This document shows, piece after piece, positions 6,721 to 14,804 of a stretch of 21,117 nt of DNA. Source of the DNA: an uncultured virus (IMG/VR IMGVR_UViG_3300005573_001064) (lineage: Duplodnaviria > Heunggongvirae > Uroviricota > Caudoviricetes); the IMG/VR virus record IMGVR_UViG_3300005573_001064. The stretch is one strand, 5' to 3'. Each line of letters begins with the position of its first letter. The first letter of the stretch is position 1. The position numbers were made by a program, and so were the translations under genes. The notes below the pieces were generated by a model. It saw nothing but the letters and a program-made list of their open reading frames with translations, was not told the origin of the DNA and made no database searches.

Positions 6721-8288
6721 AGATGAAGAAGGAAGAAGAGATGGGATTACCTGAAGACCCTGAGTATCAAGAACCATCTGAAGAAAGTGGGCTTTATGGT
6801 AAACTACAATCTGAAGAAAAGAAAGCGACCAAAAAGTATAAGCACATTTCCAGGAAAGAACTCAGGAATATTGTCTATGGGTATTTTAATGAAGGATATC
6901 TGAAGAAGCCCCGCCATATTTGGAAAAAGCTGAAGGGCAAATATAAGGTTGATGGAGAAAAAATAGAACTGGGTGATATTTTGGCCCTTAAGAAGACATA
7001 CCAGGATGAAGAACCAGAGGTGTTTGAAAAAGAGGAGACCGTTCCAGCCTATACAACGCCAACCGATAAGGAAAAGGAGATGCTTTGGCAGCTGTATGAT
7101 GATGCTAAAAAGAAGGGCGATGAAAAACTTATGCAAAGGATTCAGGATAGAATCCTTGGCAGAGAACCGAAAGAAAAGACATGGGAAGAGAGACTTTTAG
7201 AAACTGCATTGAGAAATTTGGAAGGTGGGGGTAGGAATAGCCTAGACGAGTTTCAAATGAAGATGCAGCAATCTATGCTGAATTTCATGGATTTCCAGAA
7301 TAAAGCCATGGAACAAATCGCTAAATCAAGAGGTAGTGGGCTATCTGGAGACCCGAATGTTGCCTTGGCACAGGTTGTTACCCCAACTCTTGAAAAGGGG
7401 TTTGAAGAAATTAATCAAACAGTGCGAGAAGTCGGTGGGCTTAAGCCGAAAAAGAAATTGACCCCAGAGGATGAACAAAAAGTCCAAGCTGCACAGAAGG
7501 TGCTTGAGCAATTCGATAAAATAAATAAACAATTTATTAGATGCAGTGAATGTGGTTATGTAATTCCGAGGATTGCTGCCCAATGCCCACGCTGCGGTTC
7601 TATTTTCGAGCCATCAGATGAGGAGCGTGCATTAGCAGAAGCAGAACAGAAAAAAAAGGGGAAACCGTCCGTTGAACCCTTAACACCTGTAGAATTGGAA
7701 AAAATCGCTAGAGGGGAGCAAGTTAGAAAAAATGCTCAGAAGGTGGAAATTGATATGTCCAAACCTAAAAGTAAATTCCCAGAAGGGATGGAATGGCTGG
7801 AAGGATATTTCAATCCTGAAGATGGGACACTGTATCGGCTAAAATATAAGATTGAATGCGGTCATGATGCCAAGATGTCAATATCAGGTGTATGGTCATG
7901 GCTTGACCCTGCGAAGGACGAACCAAAGAAACTCCTGTTTGCAGCTACAAAGGGGATAGATTATCTTCTTGAGGCTGCCAAGCCATATATTGACCAATTT
8001 GAACAGAAGGAACTTTATGAATTTTTCAACACACCTGAGGCCAAGGCTTGGATGATTACTGCATTTAACCAAGTAAAGGAATTGGCCAAGGCCGATAATA
8101 TTGTCTTGACAGAGGATGATATAAAGAAGTTCGAGGATAAAATTAAGCCTTATTTGAAAAATATGGGACTGTGTGGTTTATGCGGGGCTTCCCTTCCATT
8201 TTCTGAGTTGGATGCCCATTTCAAAGAATGCCAGAAAGAACAGCTGAGAAAAATCGAGAATGAAGTTAAAAAGGCCAGTAAAGGATAG
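6717..8288 (+). CDS. large helical protein with a central zinc ribbon and a C-terminal C2HC zinc finger
   Basis: 523-aa ORF with GGAGG SD (the start may be ATG 6723). Contains CSECG...CPRCG and CGLC-x11-H-x3-C. Confidence 0.85.
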   Translation: MKMKKEEEMGLPEDPEYQEPSEESGLYGKLQSEEKKATKKYKHISRKELRNIVYGYFNEGYLKKPRHIWKKLKGKYKVDGEKIELGDILALKKTYQDEEPEVFEKEETVPAYTTPTDKEKEMLWQLYDDAKKKGDEKLMQRIQDRILGREPKEKTWEERLLETALRNLEGGGRNSLDEFQMKMQQSMLNFMDFQNKAMEQIAKSRGSGLSGDPNVALAQVVTPTLEKGFEEINQTVREVGGLKPKKKLTPEDEQKVQAAQKVLEQFDKINKQFIRCSECGYVIPRIAAQCPRCGSIFEPSDEERALAEAEQKKKGKPSVEPLTPVELEKIARGEQVRKNAQKVEIDMSKPKSKFPEGMEWLEGYFNPEDGTLYRLKYKIECGHDAKMSISGVWSWLDPAKDEPKKLLFAATKGIDYLLEAAKPYIDQFEQKELYEFFNTPEAKAWMITAFNQVKELAKADNIVLTEDDIKKFEDKIKPYLKNMGLCGLCGASLPFSELDAHFKECQKEQLRKIENEVKKASKG

Positions 8289-8318
8289 TGAAGGAATTTC
8301 AGTAGATAGGTGATTTCT

Positions 8319-8531
8319 GTGCCGAGAAAGAACAAATTCAAGACAGTCTCTGACGAAACCTGGAAAGTGTCCGAGGAAGAAAGCAGACGGGCCTTCAAGG
8401 GAAAACCACCGAAGGTGGACTACTGGATAACCTTTAGGATGCCCTGGATGACAAAGGAAGGCTGGGAGAACTATATAAGGCGTCTGAACAAGGTCGAGTA
8501 CAGGGACGGTCGTATAAAAAGACAAAGGTGA
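8319..8531 (+). CDS. small basic hypothetical protein
   Basis: GGTGAT SD before GTG 8319; stop overlaps the next start. Confidence 0.6.
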   Translation: MPRKNKFKTVSDETWKVSEEESRRAFKGKPPKVDYWITFRMPWMTKEGWENYIRRLNKVEYRDGRIKRQR

Positions 8532-8959
8532 TGCAGATGGAAATGTTTGAAATCAAACAAAGAGCACCTGTAGATAGAAAAGCGTTTTCAACAGTGACCT
8601 TGATAAAGATGGCAGTAGGATTTATTATCTTTTGGCAATGCCTGATGATGATATTGTGGGTTTCATTTCCATCTTTAGACTGGGTTTTATTGCGTTTTTC
8701 TTTGTCGAATGCTGATGCGATAACAATTTTTGCTTTAATATTATCCTTTTATGGTTACTGGAGATTCGAGAAATCCTCAGAGAGCGAAGATATGATTTTC
8801 CTACAACAATTTGTATTAACCTTGAAGGAGGCAGGATTGACTCCACAGATGATTAAAATAATAGTGAAGGGCATGTATGGTAAGAGGATTGAACGAATCA
8901 AGGAACGGCTTGAAAGCGGGAAATGTACTGAGGAAGAAATAATGGAGGCACTGAAATGA
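8531..8959 (+). CDS. membrane protein with two transmembrane helices
   Basis: Hydrophobic segments MAVGFIIFWQCLMMILWVSF and AITIFALILSFYGYW, followed by a charged tail. Confidence 0.75.
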   Translation: MQMEMFEIKQRAPVDRKAFSTVTLIKMAVGFIIFWQCLMMILWVSFPSLDWVLLRFSLSNADAITIFALILSFYGYWRFEKSSESEDMIFLQQFVLTLKEAGLTPQMIKIIVKGMYGKRIERIKERLESGKCTEEEIMEALK

Positions 8960-9342
8960 ATGATGCAGGGTTTGGCGGGAAAGGTGTGAATAAAATAATA
9001 CTGATAGAATGTTCATGTGGCACTCTAAATACTGATGATCATTTTACCTGCATTAAATGCGGAAACCAGATGGATAAATGTGAAAGGACAACATGGATTA
9101 AGGTTCCAGATGAGGTTTCACCACAAGATAAGAAAGAACTGTTGATATTTCTTCATAAAAAATTATTGTCGTGCAATAAAGTTGCAAGAGCAATATACAG
9201 AAAGGTTCTTACGGAAAGCATAGATTTTCTTGACGAATTGCCAGAAGAGGCTAAAAAGTATTCGGTTCAAGCGTATGTAGATTTCCTGAGAGAAGCGAAA
9301 AAGAAGAGACAAATAGAACGACTGGGGGTTGAACAAGAATGA
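8956..9342 (+). CDS. zinc-ribbon protein
   Basis: CSCG...CIKCG motif; ATGA overlaps at both ends. Confidence 0.7.
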   Translation: MNDAGFGGKGVNKIILIECSCGTLNTDDHFTCIKCGNQMDKCERTTWIKVPDEVSPQDKKELLIFLHKKLLSCNKVARAIYRKVLTESIDFLDELPEEAKKYSVQAYVDFLREAKKKRQIERLGVEQE

Positions 9343-9755
9343 AGGTCTGTAAGAGATGTGGGAAGCCATTGAATCAATGCTTTTGTTATACTGATGTTGG
9401 TTTGGATGCGATTTTAGAGCAGTGGAAGAAAGAAAAAGCCAAAGGGAATGTTGGGGAAAGGGTTACAGAAGAGGATATAAGGGAACAATTAAAACAAAAA
9501 CCACCCAGGACAAAGAGTGACCTTGAACATTTGCTTGATTTTATGGGCCTTGATGAGAATGCTCGAAGGCAAATAGTGGCAAAGGCCAAAAAGTCTTTGC
9601 TGAAGTCGGCTAAAAGAACTGCACATGACCTGATAGATGAACTAATACCTAATGCAGAAGATTTGGTTATTGAAGCCGATTACGAAGTAGAATGTCCAGT
9701 ATGTGGTAAAATGGTTAAAGATTTGGAAAACCACGAGTGCCGTCCAAAGTCGTGA
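9339..9755 (+). CDS. protein with N- and C-terminal zinc-binding motifs
   Basis: CKRCG...CFC and CPVCG...HEC; last gene before a T/A-rich convergent gap. Confidence 0.7.
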   Translation: MKVCKRCGKPLNQCFCYTDVGLDAILEQWKKEKAKGNVGERVTEEDIREQLKQKPPRTKSDLEHLLDFMGLDENARRQIVAKAKKSLLKSAKRTAHDLIDELIPNAEDLVIEADYEVECPVCGKMVKDLENHECRPKS

Positions 9756-9874
9756 TGTTGTACATCACTCATACCATTTTAGGGGAACGGTTTAGTGTAT
9801 TGCTGTGTAGTCATTTTTGAGGATATTTTTAAAAAATAAATTTCAGTGATGTGAGAGGTTTTTAAAAATTCTAT

Positions 9875-10177
9875 TCACGCCTGTTTATGTGTTCTCCTTC
9901 TGTTGATTCGTTTTGTAATTGCTTTAACTCTATCAAAATCTTTCTTTGCTTGAATTAATTTCTTTTTCAGTTCTAGTCTTACCATTGATTCGAGATAATC
10001 ATCTGGTAAATTTTCAATCAGATTGGAAAGTAGTTGGGCGATAGGGATGCCCAGTTCTATCCGTGCTTTGGCGAGAATATCATATGCCTTGGGACTAATT
10101 CCCACAGCCATGTAAGTCTTCTCTCTACCCTTCTTGTTTTTCTCCGCATTCTTTTTGTTTTCCTGGTAATTTTTCAT
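9875..10177 (-). CDS. ribbon-helix-helix (CopG-like) transcription regulator
   Basis: GGAGG SD before ATG 10177. TYMAVGISPKAYDILAKARIELGIPIAQLLSNLIE fits the RHH strand-helix-G-helix pattern. Confidence 0.7.
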   Translation of the reverse strand: MKNYQENKKNAEKNKKGREKTYMAVGISPKAYDILAKARIELGIPIAQLLSNLIENLPDDYLESMVRLELKKKLIQAKKDFDRVKAITKRINRRRTHKQA

Positions 10178-10248
10178 GTCTTGACCTCCTATTTTCACCG
10201 ATTTTCCAAATCGGTTTTTAACTCATTTTAACCTATTAAATTGGGTTC

Positions 10249-10256
10249 TATATAAA
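10249..10256 (-). promoter_or_regulatory. TATA box for the RHH gene
   Basis: TTTATATA on the minus strand upstream of the RHH start. Confidence 0.45.
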
Positions 10257-10342
10257 TCTTTCTCTAGGGGTATCAGCGAAATCCCTATATAACTCATATG
10301 AATTCTACAGGAAATTTCTTCGCTTAAAATGGGTTTAATAGC

Positions 10343-10362
10343 AGAAAAGAAAGGTTTAAATA
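10343..10362 (+). promoter_or_regulatory. BRE-TATA promoter for the structured leader and virion operon
   Basis: Purine-rich GAAAAGAAAGG followed by TTTAAATA (10355-10362), predicting a start near 10385-10390. Confidence 0.55.
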
Positions 10363-10392
10363 GTAGTGGCGGGATATATATATGAGAGGATG

Positions 10393-10677
10393 TACCGTAA
10401 CATGAAAAATAGTTAGTATAGTGCTAGTATAGTTAGTATAGTATATGTAAGCAATCCTGTAACTAACGGAGACCACATCGGTAGATGCTGATTGTGGTCA
10501 AGGGCGGGATTGTGAAAAGCTGAAAAGTTGAAAAGTATTCCCCAAGGCTTTCGCCAAGGGGATAGAGGGGCTGGGGGTGGCCCCATGGAGGTTAAGCATA
10601 TGAAACCTTCAGAATTCCTTCGGGAAACATCCTGCGGTGGGTAGTTCATATAGACAGATAAGACACCTGCTACGGTA
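10393..10677 (+). ncRNA. structured non-coding RNA or long 5' leader of unknown family
   Basis: At least seven helices found by eye, many with G-U pairs that work only on the + strand. Includes a cUUCGg loop (10615-10626) and complementary ends TACCGTA/TACGGTA. Confidence 0.65.
10414..10442. repeat. TAGTATAGT x3 direct repeat
   Basis: Exact copies start at 10414, 10425 and 10434. Confidence 0.8.
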
Positions 10678-10704
10678 ACTTAAAAACCAGGAGGGAGATA
10701 CAAG

Positions 10705-11898
10705 GTGAGGGTACACATAATTAACCCCTCAGGCGAACCGGAGTCAGAGTCTTCCCTCAGCAATCCCGAAAATATACGGAGGGCCTCTCTTCTGAAGTGG
10801 GCCAAGCGTCAAGGGCTCAATTCTCAACAGGCCGAGGATTTTGTGGACTATTATGAAAATCCGAGGGGATGGTTTGGGGAACCAGAAAGAGCCAGAACAA
10901 GCCATCTAATGGAGTGGGCCAGACGCAAGAATTTGGAGGTTGATGAGAAGGAACTGACGATGGCTATCGAAAACGCCTGGTTTGGTGAATCAGGAGGTCG
11001 TAGAATGGGTGCTCTGAAGAAATGGGCAAAGCGACATGGATTGAGTGATGCAGATGCGGAAGAATTTGCAGAGTATGTTGAGAATGCCTGGTACGGTGAC
11101 CCTGAGAGCCACCGCAAGGCAGCCATAAAAGGCTGGAGATTGAGGCGGACAGAGGAAAACCCAATATTCCCCATTCTGCCGAAACTCGGTGTCCCAGCGG
11201 AGTACCAGGAAGCCCTAGGCATATCTGAGGTTAGGAAAGATTGGCCTCACGCTGGTGGAATATTGCTGGGATTGGCGGACACATCATTCTACAGTGGCAT
11301 TTCCGAGATGGCCACGGGAAACGAATGGTGGGGGACCGTAATCGGTGCAGGATTGGGCCTAGGCACTTCAGAGGTTATCCGAAGGTGGTATCCTGCTGAA
11401 GATTGGAGGGATGGTCTGGCGAGGGGCCAGAGGATAGGCACTCTGGGTATTACTCTTTTCCGTATTGTGGCAGGCGGAATCAGGGCGATGACCAAGCCTG
11501 CGGAGGCCACGGCATCAGGGCCTATGGGAAGCGGACTTGACGATGTAATTGAAAAGATAAAGCAGGGTAAGATTATAGAAGCCGTCAAGATACCCATGAT
11601 GACAGGTCTCCGTTATGATGACATCGGCTCGATGGGTAAGTTCCTTAACCTGTCGTGGGATGCGCCTCATATGCCTCGGTTGATGTTCTGGAGGAGGAAA
11701 GAAGCCACCCCAACCCCAACTGGACAGGAGTATCACCCGTCGCAGATGGGCCAAGAGGAGTATCCTGCAATAACCCAGCAGGATGTAGCCAAACAGACAA
11801 GGCAGGTGGCAATCAGCGCCCAAGACACATACAAGGGCAAGCCCTATGAGACTAGGGACTTTGCAATCAGTGCCGGCGAAGGGCTAGGTGTATCATAG
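10705..11898 (+). CDS. putative virion core/membrane protein with N-terminal ~37-aa basic repeats and a Gly-rich hydrophobic region
   Basis: GGAGG SD. Repeated EN[PA]..W[FY]G[ED]...W[AR].R units, then GTVIGAGLGLG and IGTLGITLFRIVAGG segments. First gene of the structural block. Confidence 0.65.
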   Translation: MRVHIINPSGEPESESSLSNPENIRRASLLKWAKRQGLNSQQAEDFVDYYENPRGWFGEPERARTSHLMEWARRKNLEVDEKELTMAIENAWFGESGGRRMGALKKWAKRHGLSDADAEEFAEYVENAWYGDPESHRKAAIKGWRLRRTEENPIFPILPKLGVPAEYQEALGISEVRKDWPHAGGILLGLADTSFYSGISEMATGNEWWGTVIGAGLGLGTSEVIRRWYPAEDWRDGLARGQRIGTLGITLFRIVAGGIRAMTKPAEATASGPMGSGLDDVIEKIKQGKIIEAVKIPMMTGLRYDDIGSMGKFLNLSWDAPHMPRLMFWRRKEATPTPTGQEYHPSQMGQEEYPAITQQDVAKQTRQVAISAQDTYKGKPYETRDFAISAGEGLGVS

Positions 11899-11983
11899 AA
11901 TTCATTTTCCGCTAGTATATAGTGAAGAGTGGTGATTTTTAGTGTATTTCAGTAACAAAGTGAGAAGGTAAGGTGAAAAAAAC

Positions 11984-12724
11984 ATGGCAGGAGATACACA
12001 GGCTTTGCAGGTTGCCCCTGGGGTTGAAATCGAGTTGGTGAACTTCACCCCTGAGGAGAACAAGAGGTTCGACCTCGACTACCCCAAGGTAACCGCAGTA
12101 TATGACCAGAACAGTGTGAGAGCAGACCAGAAGCACATAATTGCTGACTGGTTTGATGAGACCATAGAGACCTATCGTCTGCTGGCACAGGCGTGCAAGC
12201 ACGACATTCAGCCATCGGCTGGAATGTTCCAAGGCCAGAGGGCAACAACGGGCTTTGGCTTCAGGATGATTAGGCCTGATGACATTGTGCCGACGGCACA
12301 GGGCAGGACCTTCGATGCTACTGTCGCAGGTCTTACGGCCAACAGCTGGTACGGCCTATACCACAACGGTGCAATCGGCGCTGCATACAACGCCACGGCG
12401 CTGTACCTCCGAAAGGAACTAGGTATCGGCATGGTTGGAACGCAGGAGATGGGGGCCGACTCCATCATAGAGGAAACCCAGTTTGAAATCAATGGGAAGC
12501 CCTTGCCTGTGTTCAACTGTGAGAGGCAGTTTGTTGGTTCTGGGTGGAGGGTGTTCAGGTTCCCACAGGTTGAATACTTCAAGCCCGCCATCCAATACAG
12601 GTCTCAGGCGAAGTTCGCAGCGGCGGACGGTGCTACGAAGCATGTCCCTGTTGGACTTACCTTTGTGACCTCGGACTACGACAGGAACACAACGCCGACG
12701 CAGCCAAGCACGACGGCCCCGTAG
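11984..12724 (+). CDS. putative major capsid protein (probably single jelly-roll)
   Basis: AGGTGA SD and C/G-ending codons suggesting high expression. An N-terminal helical part, an FQG...GFGFRMIRP motif, then alternating beta strands. Located at the head of the structural block. The fold is inferred, not computed. Confidence 0.55.
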   Translation: MAGDTQALQVAPGVEIELVNFTPEENKRFDLDYPKVTAVYDQNSVRADQKHIIADWFDETIETYRLLAQACKHDIQPSAGMFQGQRATTGFGFRMIRPDDIVPTAQGRTFDATVAGLTANSWYGLYHNGAIGAAYNATALYLRKELGIGMVGTQEMGADSIIEETQFEINGKPLPVFNCERQFVGSGWRVFRFPQVEYFKPAIQYRSQAKFAAADGATKHVPVGLTFVTSDYDRNTTPTQPSTTAP

Positions 12725-12752
12725 GATAGCTGATGGAATAGGGGGATAAAAA

Positions 12753-13268
12753 ATGGCATCTAATGTGCATGTTAAAGATGTGCCACGACTGGTTCAAAGA
12801 ACCTTGCCTGATGCTGCCCCTTTCAACAGCTATCCCGTCATACTCGCAATAACGGACGGGGTGTTGACTGCTGGGTCCACTACAATGACAACTGCTGGTG
12901 GTGGTATAGCAGCAAATCATGCTGGAAGCCGACTCATCATATCAACTGGGCCAAACCGAGGTGTCTATACTATCTCTTCTGTGACCGATGGGAATACCAT
13001 GGACCTGAATGCGGCTGCTAGAGTTTCCCAGACTGGCGTAGTGTGTGTCTGCGGAGGCATCTATCATACAGCAGGAGGGTTCAAGATTCGCAGTTTTCTA
13101 GCAGATATAGGTACAAAGTTTCATGTGTATATGGTGGCTCAGTTCAGGGGGACGGCAATTCTACAGGTCCTAGATGAATCAACAAATGCTGAAGCAGCTA
13201 CAACCACCAACCTCAAGACGAAAGTGATGGCTGGAACAGCAGTAGTGTCCCAACCATGGGGTAAGTAG
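12753..13268 (+). CDS. putative minor virion protein (Gly/Ala/Thr-rich beta protein)
   Basis: LIISTGPNRGVYTISSVTDGNTMDL is a beta pattern typical of virion proteins; follows the MCP candidate before a terminator. Confidence 0.65.
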   Translation: MASNVHVKDVPRLVQRTLPDAAPFNSYPVILAITDGVLTAGSTTMTTAGGGIAANHAGSRLIISTGPNRGVYTISSVTDGNTMDLNAAARVSQTGVVCVCGGIYHTAGGFKIRSFLADIGTKFHVYMVAQFRGTAILQVLDESTNAEAATTTNLKTKVMAGTAVVSQPWGK

Positions 13269-13284
13269 GCAAGTCTTGAACTTC

Positions 13285-13320
13285 TGTCTTTTTTTCTTTT
13301 TTATTTTTTAGTTTATTTTA
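13285..13320 (+). terminator. archaeal oligo-T terminator
   Basis: Several T4-T8 runs directly after the stop at 13268. Confidence 0.65.
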
Positions 13321-13342
13321 TATATTTCAGGAGGTTAATCAC

Positions 13343-13537
13343 ATGATAGTACACATTCGTGAAGGGGAGGACATTCCTAAAGATGCTAAAATAATTATGG
13401 CAATTCCTGGTAAGGGTGTCTATGTTGATATTTCTGATGAGATTAAATATCAACCTGTAGTGGATGCTGCTAAAAAGCAGGATGAGTTAGTGGAGGGTGA
13501 GAAAGAAAACAGTAAGAAGGGCAAAAAGCGAAGGTAG
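13343..13537 (+). CDS. small protein with a basic C-terminal tail
   Basis: Strong GGAGGT SD; ends KKGKKRR. Confidence 0.7.
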   Translation: MIVHIREGEDIPKDAKIIMAIPGKGVYVDISDEIKYQPVVDAAKKQDELVEGEKENSKKGKKRR

Positions 13538-13670
13538 GAGTATCAAATTTCAATAGGTCAAATCTGTAGTATTAAGGTGTATAAAAAGTGTTAGAGTATA
13601 CAGAAATATTATAATTCTAATCATGGCATGGGCTTCGGCCCTCCAGGATAGACAGATAGGAGGTCTGTAA

Positions 13671-14378
13671 ATGGTTCAGAGTTTCATGAATGCTCTGTTG
13701 GAAAGAAAACATAATGTCGGGATGCAATTTGCGAGCGGCTGGGTATTTGGGCAAGTAGTCAATTATGAAGATGTCCCAGTTCCTTTTGATAGGTATAGCC
13801 CAGTTCCAGCAAATAGTGGGTTGGCTACCATAGCTGGTACCACCAACTATTGGTTTGAATGGGTTAATGCCCAGAATCAAGTCATTTTGCGTGAAAGGGA
13901 CATGGATAAGATTCTTCAGGCATTTGTTGGAATCTATCCAGCAAATTTGCGCTTGTTCAAACAGTTCCCTGCCCCTATCATAAGGGGCAATCTGTATGAA
14001 ATTAAAGTCCCCGCTGTTTTGACTGCCCAATCTGGAGGTTTCATCAGGGGCGATTGGAGTCCCTATGAAAATCCGACCACCTTGACAGAAATGCTTATAC
14101 CTCCAGAACTTCATATTCAGTGGGGCGTTTATAATGACGAGGGGTTCGCTGTAACGCCAAGGTTTATGATTTTCATAAGGCGTTTGCAGATTAAATATTA
14201 TAGACCGAATAATACGTCAGGGAAGAAGGCAATAGAGGCAATTATTGAAGGGAAAATGCCTGCTAAACTCTGGTCGCCTGGCCTTGAACCGTATGAATAT
14301 GATGTAATGGATAGGATTGGTGTAGAAACCTACGATTGGACACCAGCTGTTACCATGAATGCGGAGGAGGAAGGATAA
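13671..14378 (+). CDS. putative second capsid or penton protein
   Basis: GGAGGT SD. Beta-rich, with GFIRGDWSPYENPT..EMLIPP...WGVYN. Followed by its own terminator. Confidence 0.5.
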   Translation: MVQSFMNALLERKHNVGMQFASGWVFGQVVNYEDVPVPFDRYSPVPANSGLATIAGTTNYWFEWVNAQNQVILRERDMDKILQAFVGIYPANLRLFKQFPAPIIRGNLYEIKVPAVLTAQSGGFIRGDWSPYENPTTLTEMLIPPELHIQWGVYNDEGFAVTPRFMIFIRRLQIKYYRPNNTSGKKAIEAIIEGKMPAKLWSPGLEPYEYDVMDRIGVETYDWTPAVTMNAEEEG

Positions 14379-14380
14379 AT

Positions 14381-14404
14381 CCTTCCTCTGTTTTCTCTTT
14401 TTTA
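14381..14404 (+). terminator. pyrimidine/oligo-T terminator
   Basis: CCTTCCTCTGTTTTCTCTTTTTT directly after the stop at 14378. Confidence 0.5.
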
Positions 14405-14422
14405 AGTTAAGGAGGAAGAATA

Positions 14423-14803
14423 ATGGCTGTAAATCGAGGTCATTTGAGACAAATATCCAGGAATGCATATGGCGCTGCTGGTGTGGCACCTAACTATAAT
14501 GTAATAGGTCCAGCAGTTCCTGCAAATAAAATAAGGACCATATATTTTATTAAGGCACAACAGTCGGGGGGAGCAGCCCCAATAACTATTATATTAACTA
14601 GGGATGGGGCTACAGGGGCAGATATATTGGATACATTGTGTATCCCAGGAATTGGTGCTGCTCAAACAGGTAAGCCCTTTAAAACTCTTGGACAAGATAT
14701 TGAAATGCCAGTATATACTTTAAGAGAGGGTGAATCTATCGGAGCACAGATTGCTGCAGGTACAGCATCGCTTCTTTATACCTATTATGATGAGGAGGGA
14801 TAA
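14423..14803 (+). CDS. small jelly-roll-like virion protein, paralog A
   Basis: GGAGG SD. VPANKIRTIYFI...PVYTLREGESI...YYDE; aligns with 14805..15236. Confidence 0.7.
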   Translation: MAVNRGHLRQISRNAYGAAGVAPNYNVIGPAVPANKIRTIYFIKAQQSGGAAPITIILTRDGATGADILDTLCIPGIGAAQTGKPFKTLGQDIEMPVYTLREGESIGAQIAAGTASLLYTYYDEEG

Positions 14804-14804
14804 A

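Noticed and set aside
10514..10627. Hammerhead ribozyme core (CTGAAAAG ... GAAAC)
   Set aside because: The CUGANGA consensus is not met and the helices do not form the three-way junction.
10413..10649. 78-aa minus-strand ORF over the structured region
   Set aside because: No SD, an odd Pro/Leu-rich composition, and it runs antisense to the + strand promoter and G-U-supported structure.
14730..14804. N-terminal extension of the 168-aa ORF
   Set aside because: It overlaps the previous gene; the SD and the paralog alignment support ATG 14805.
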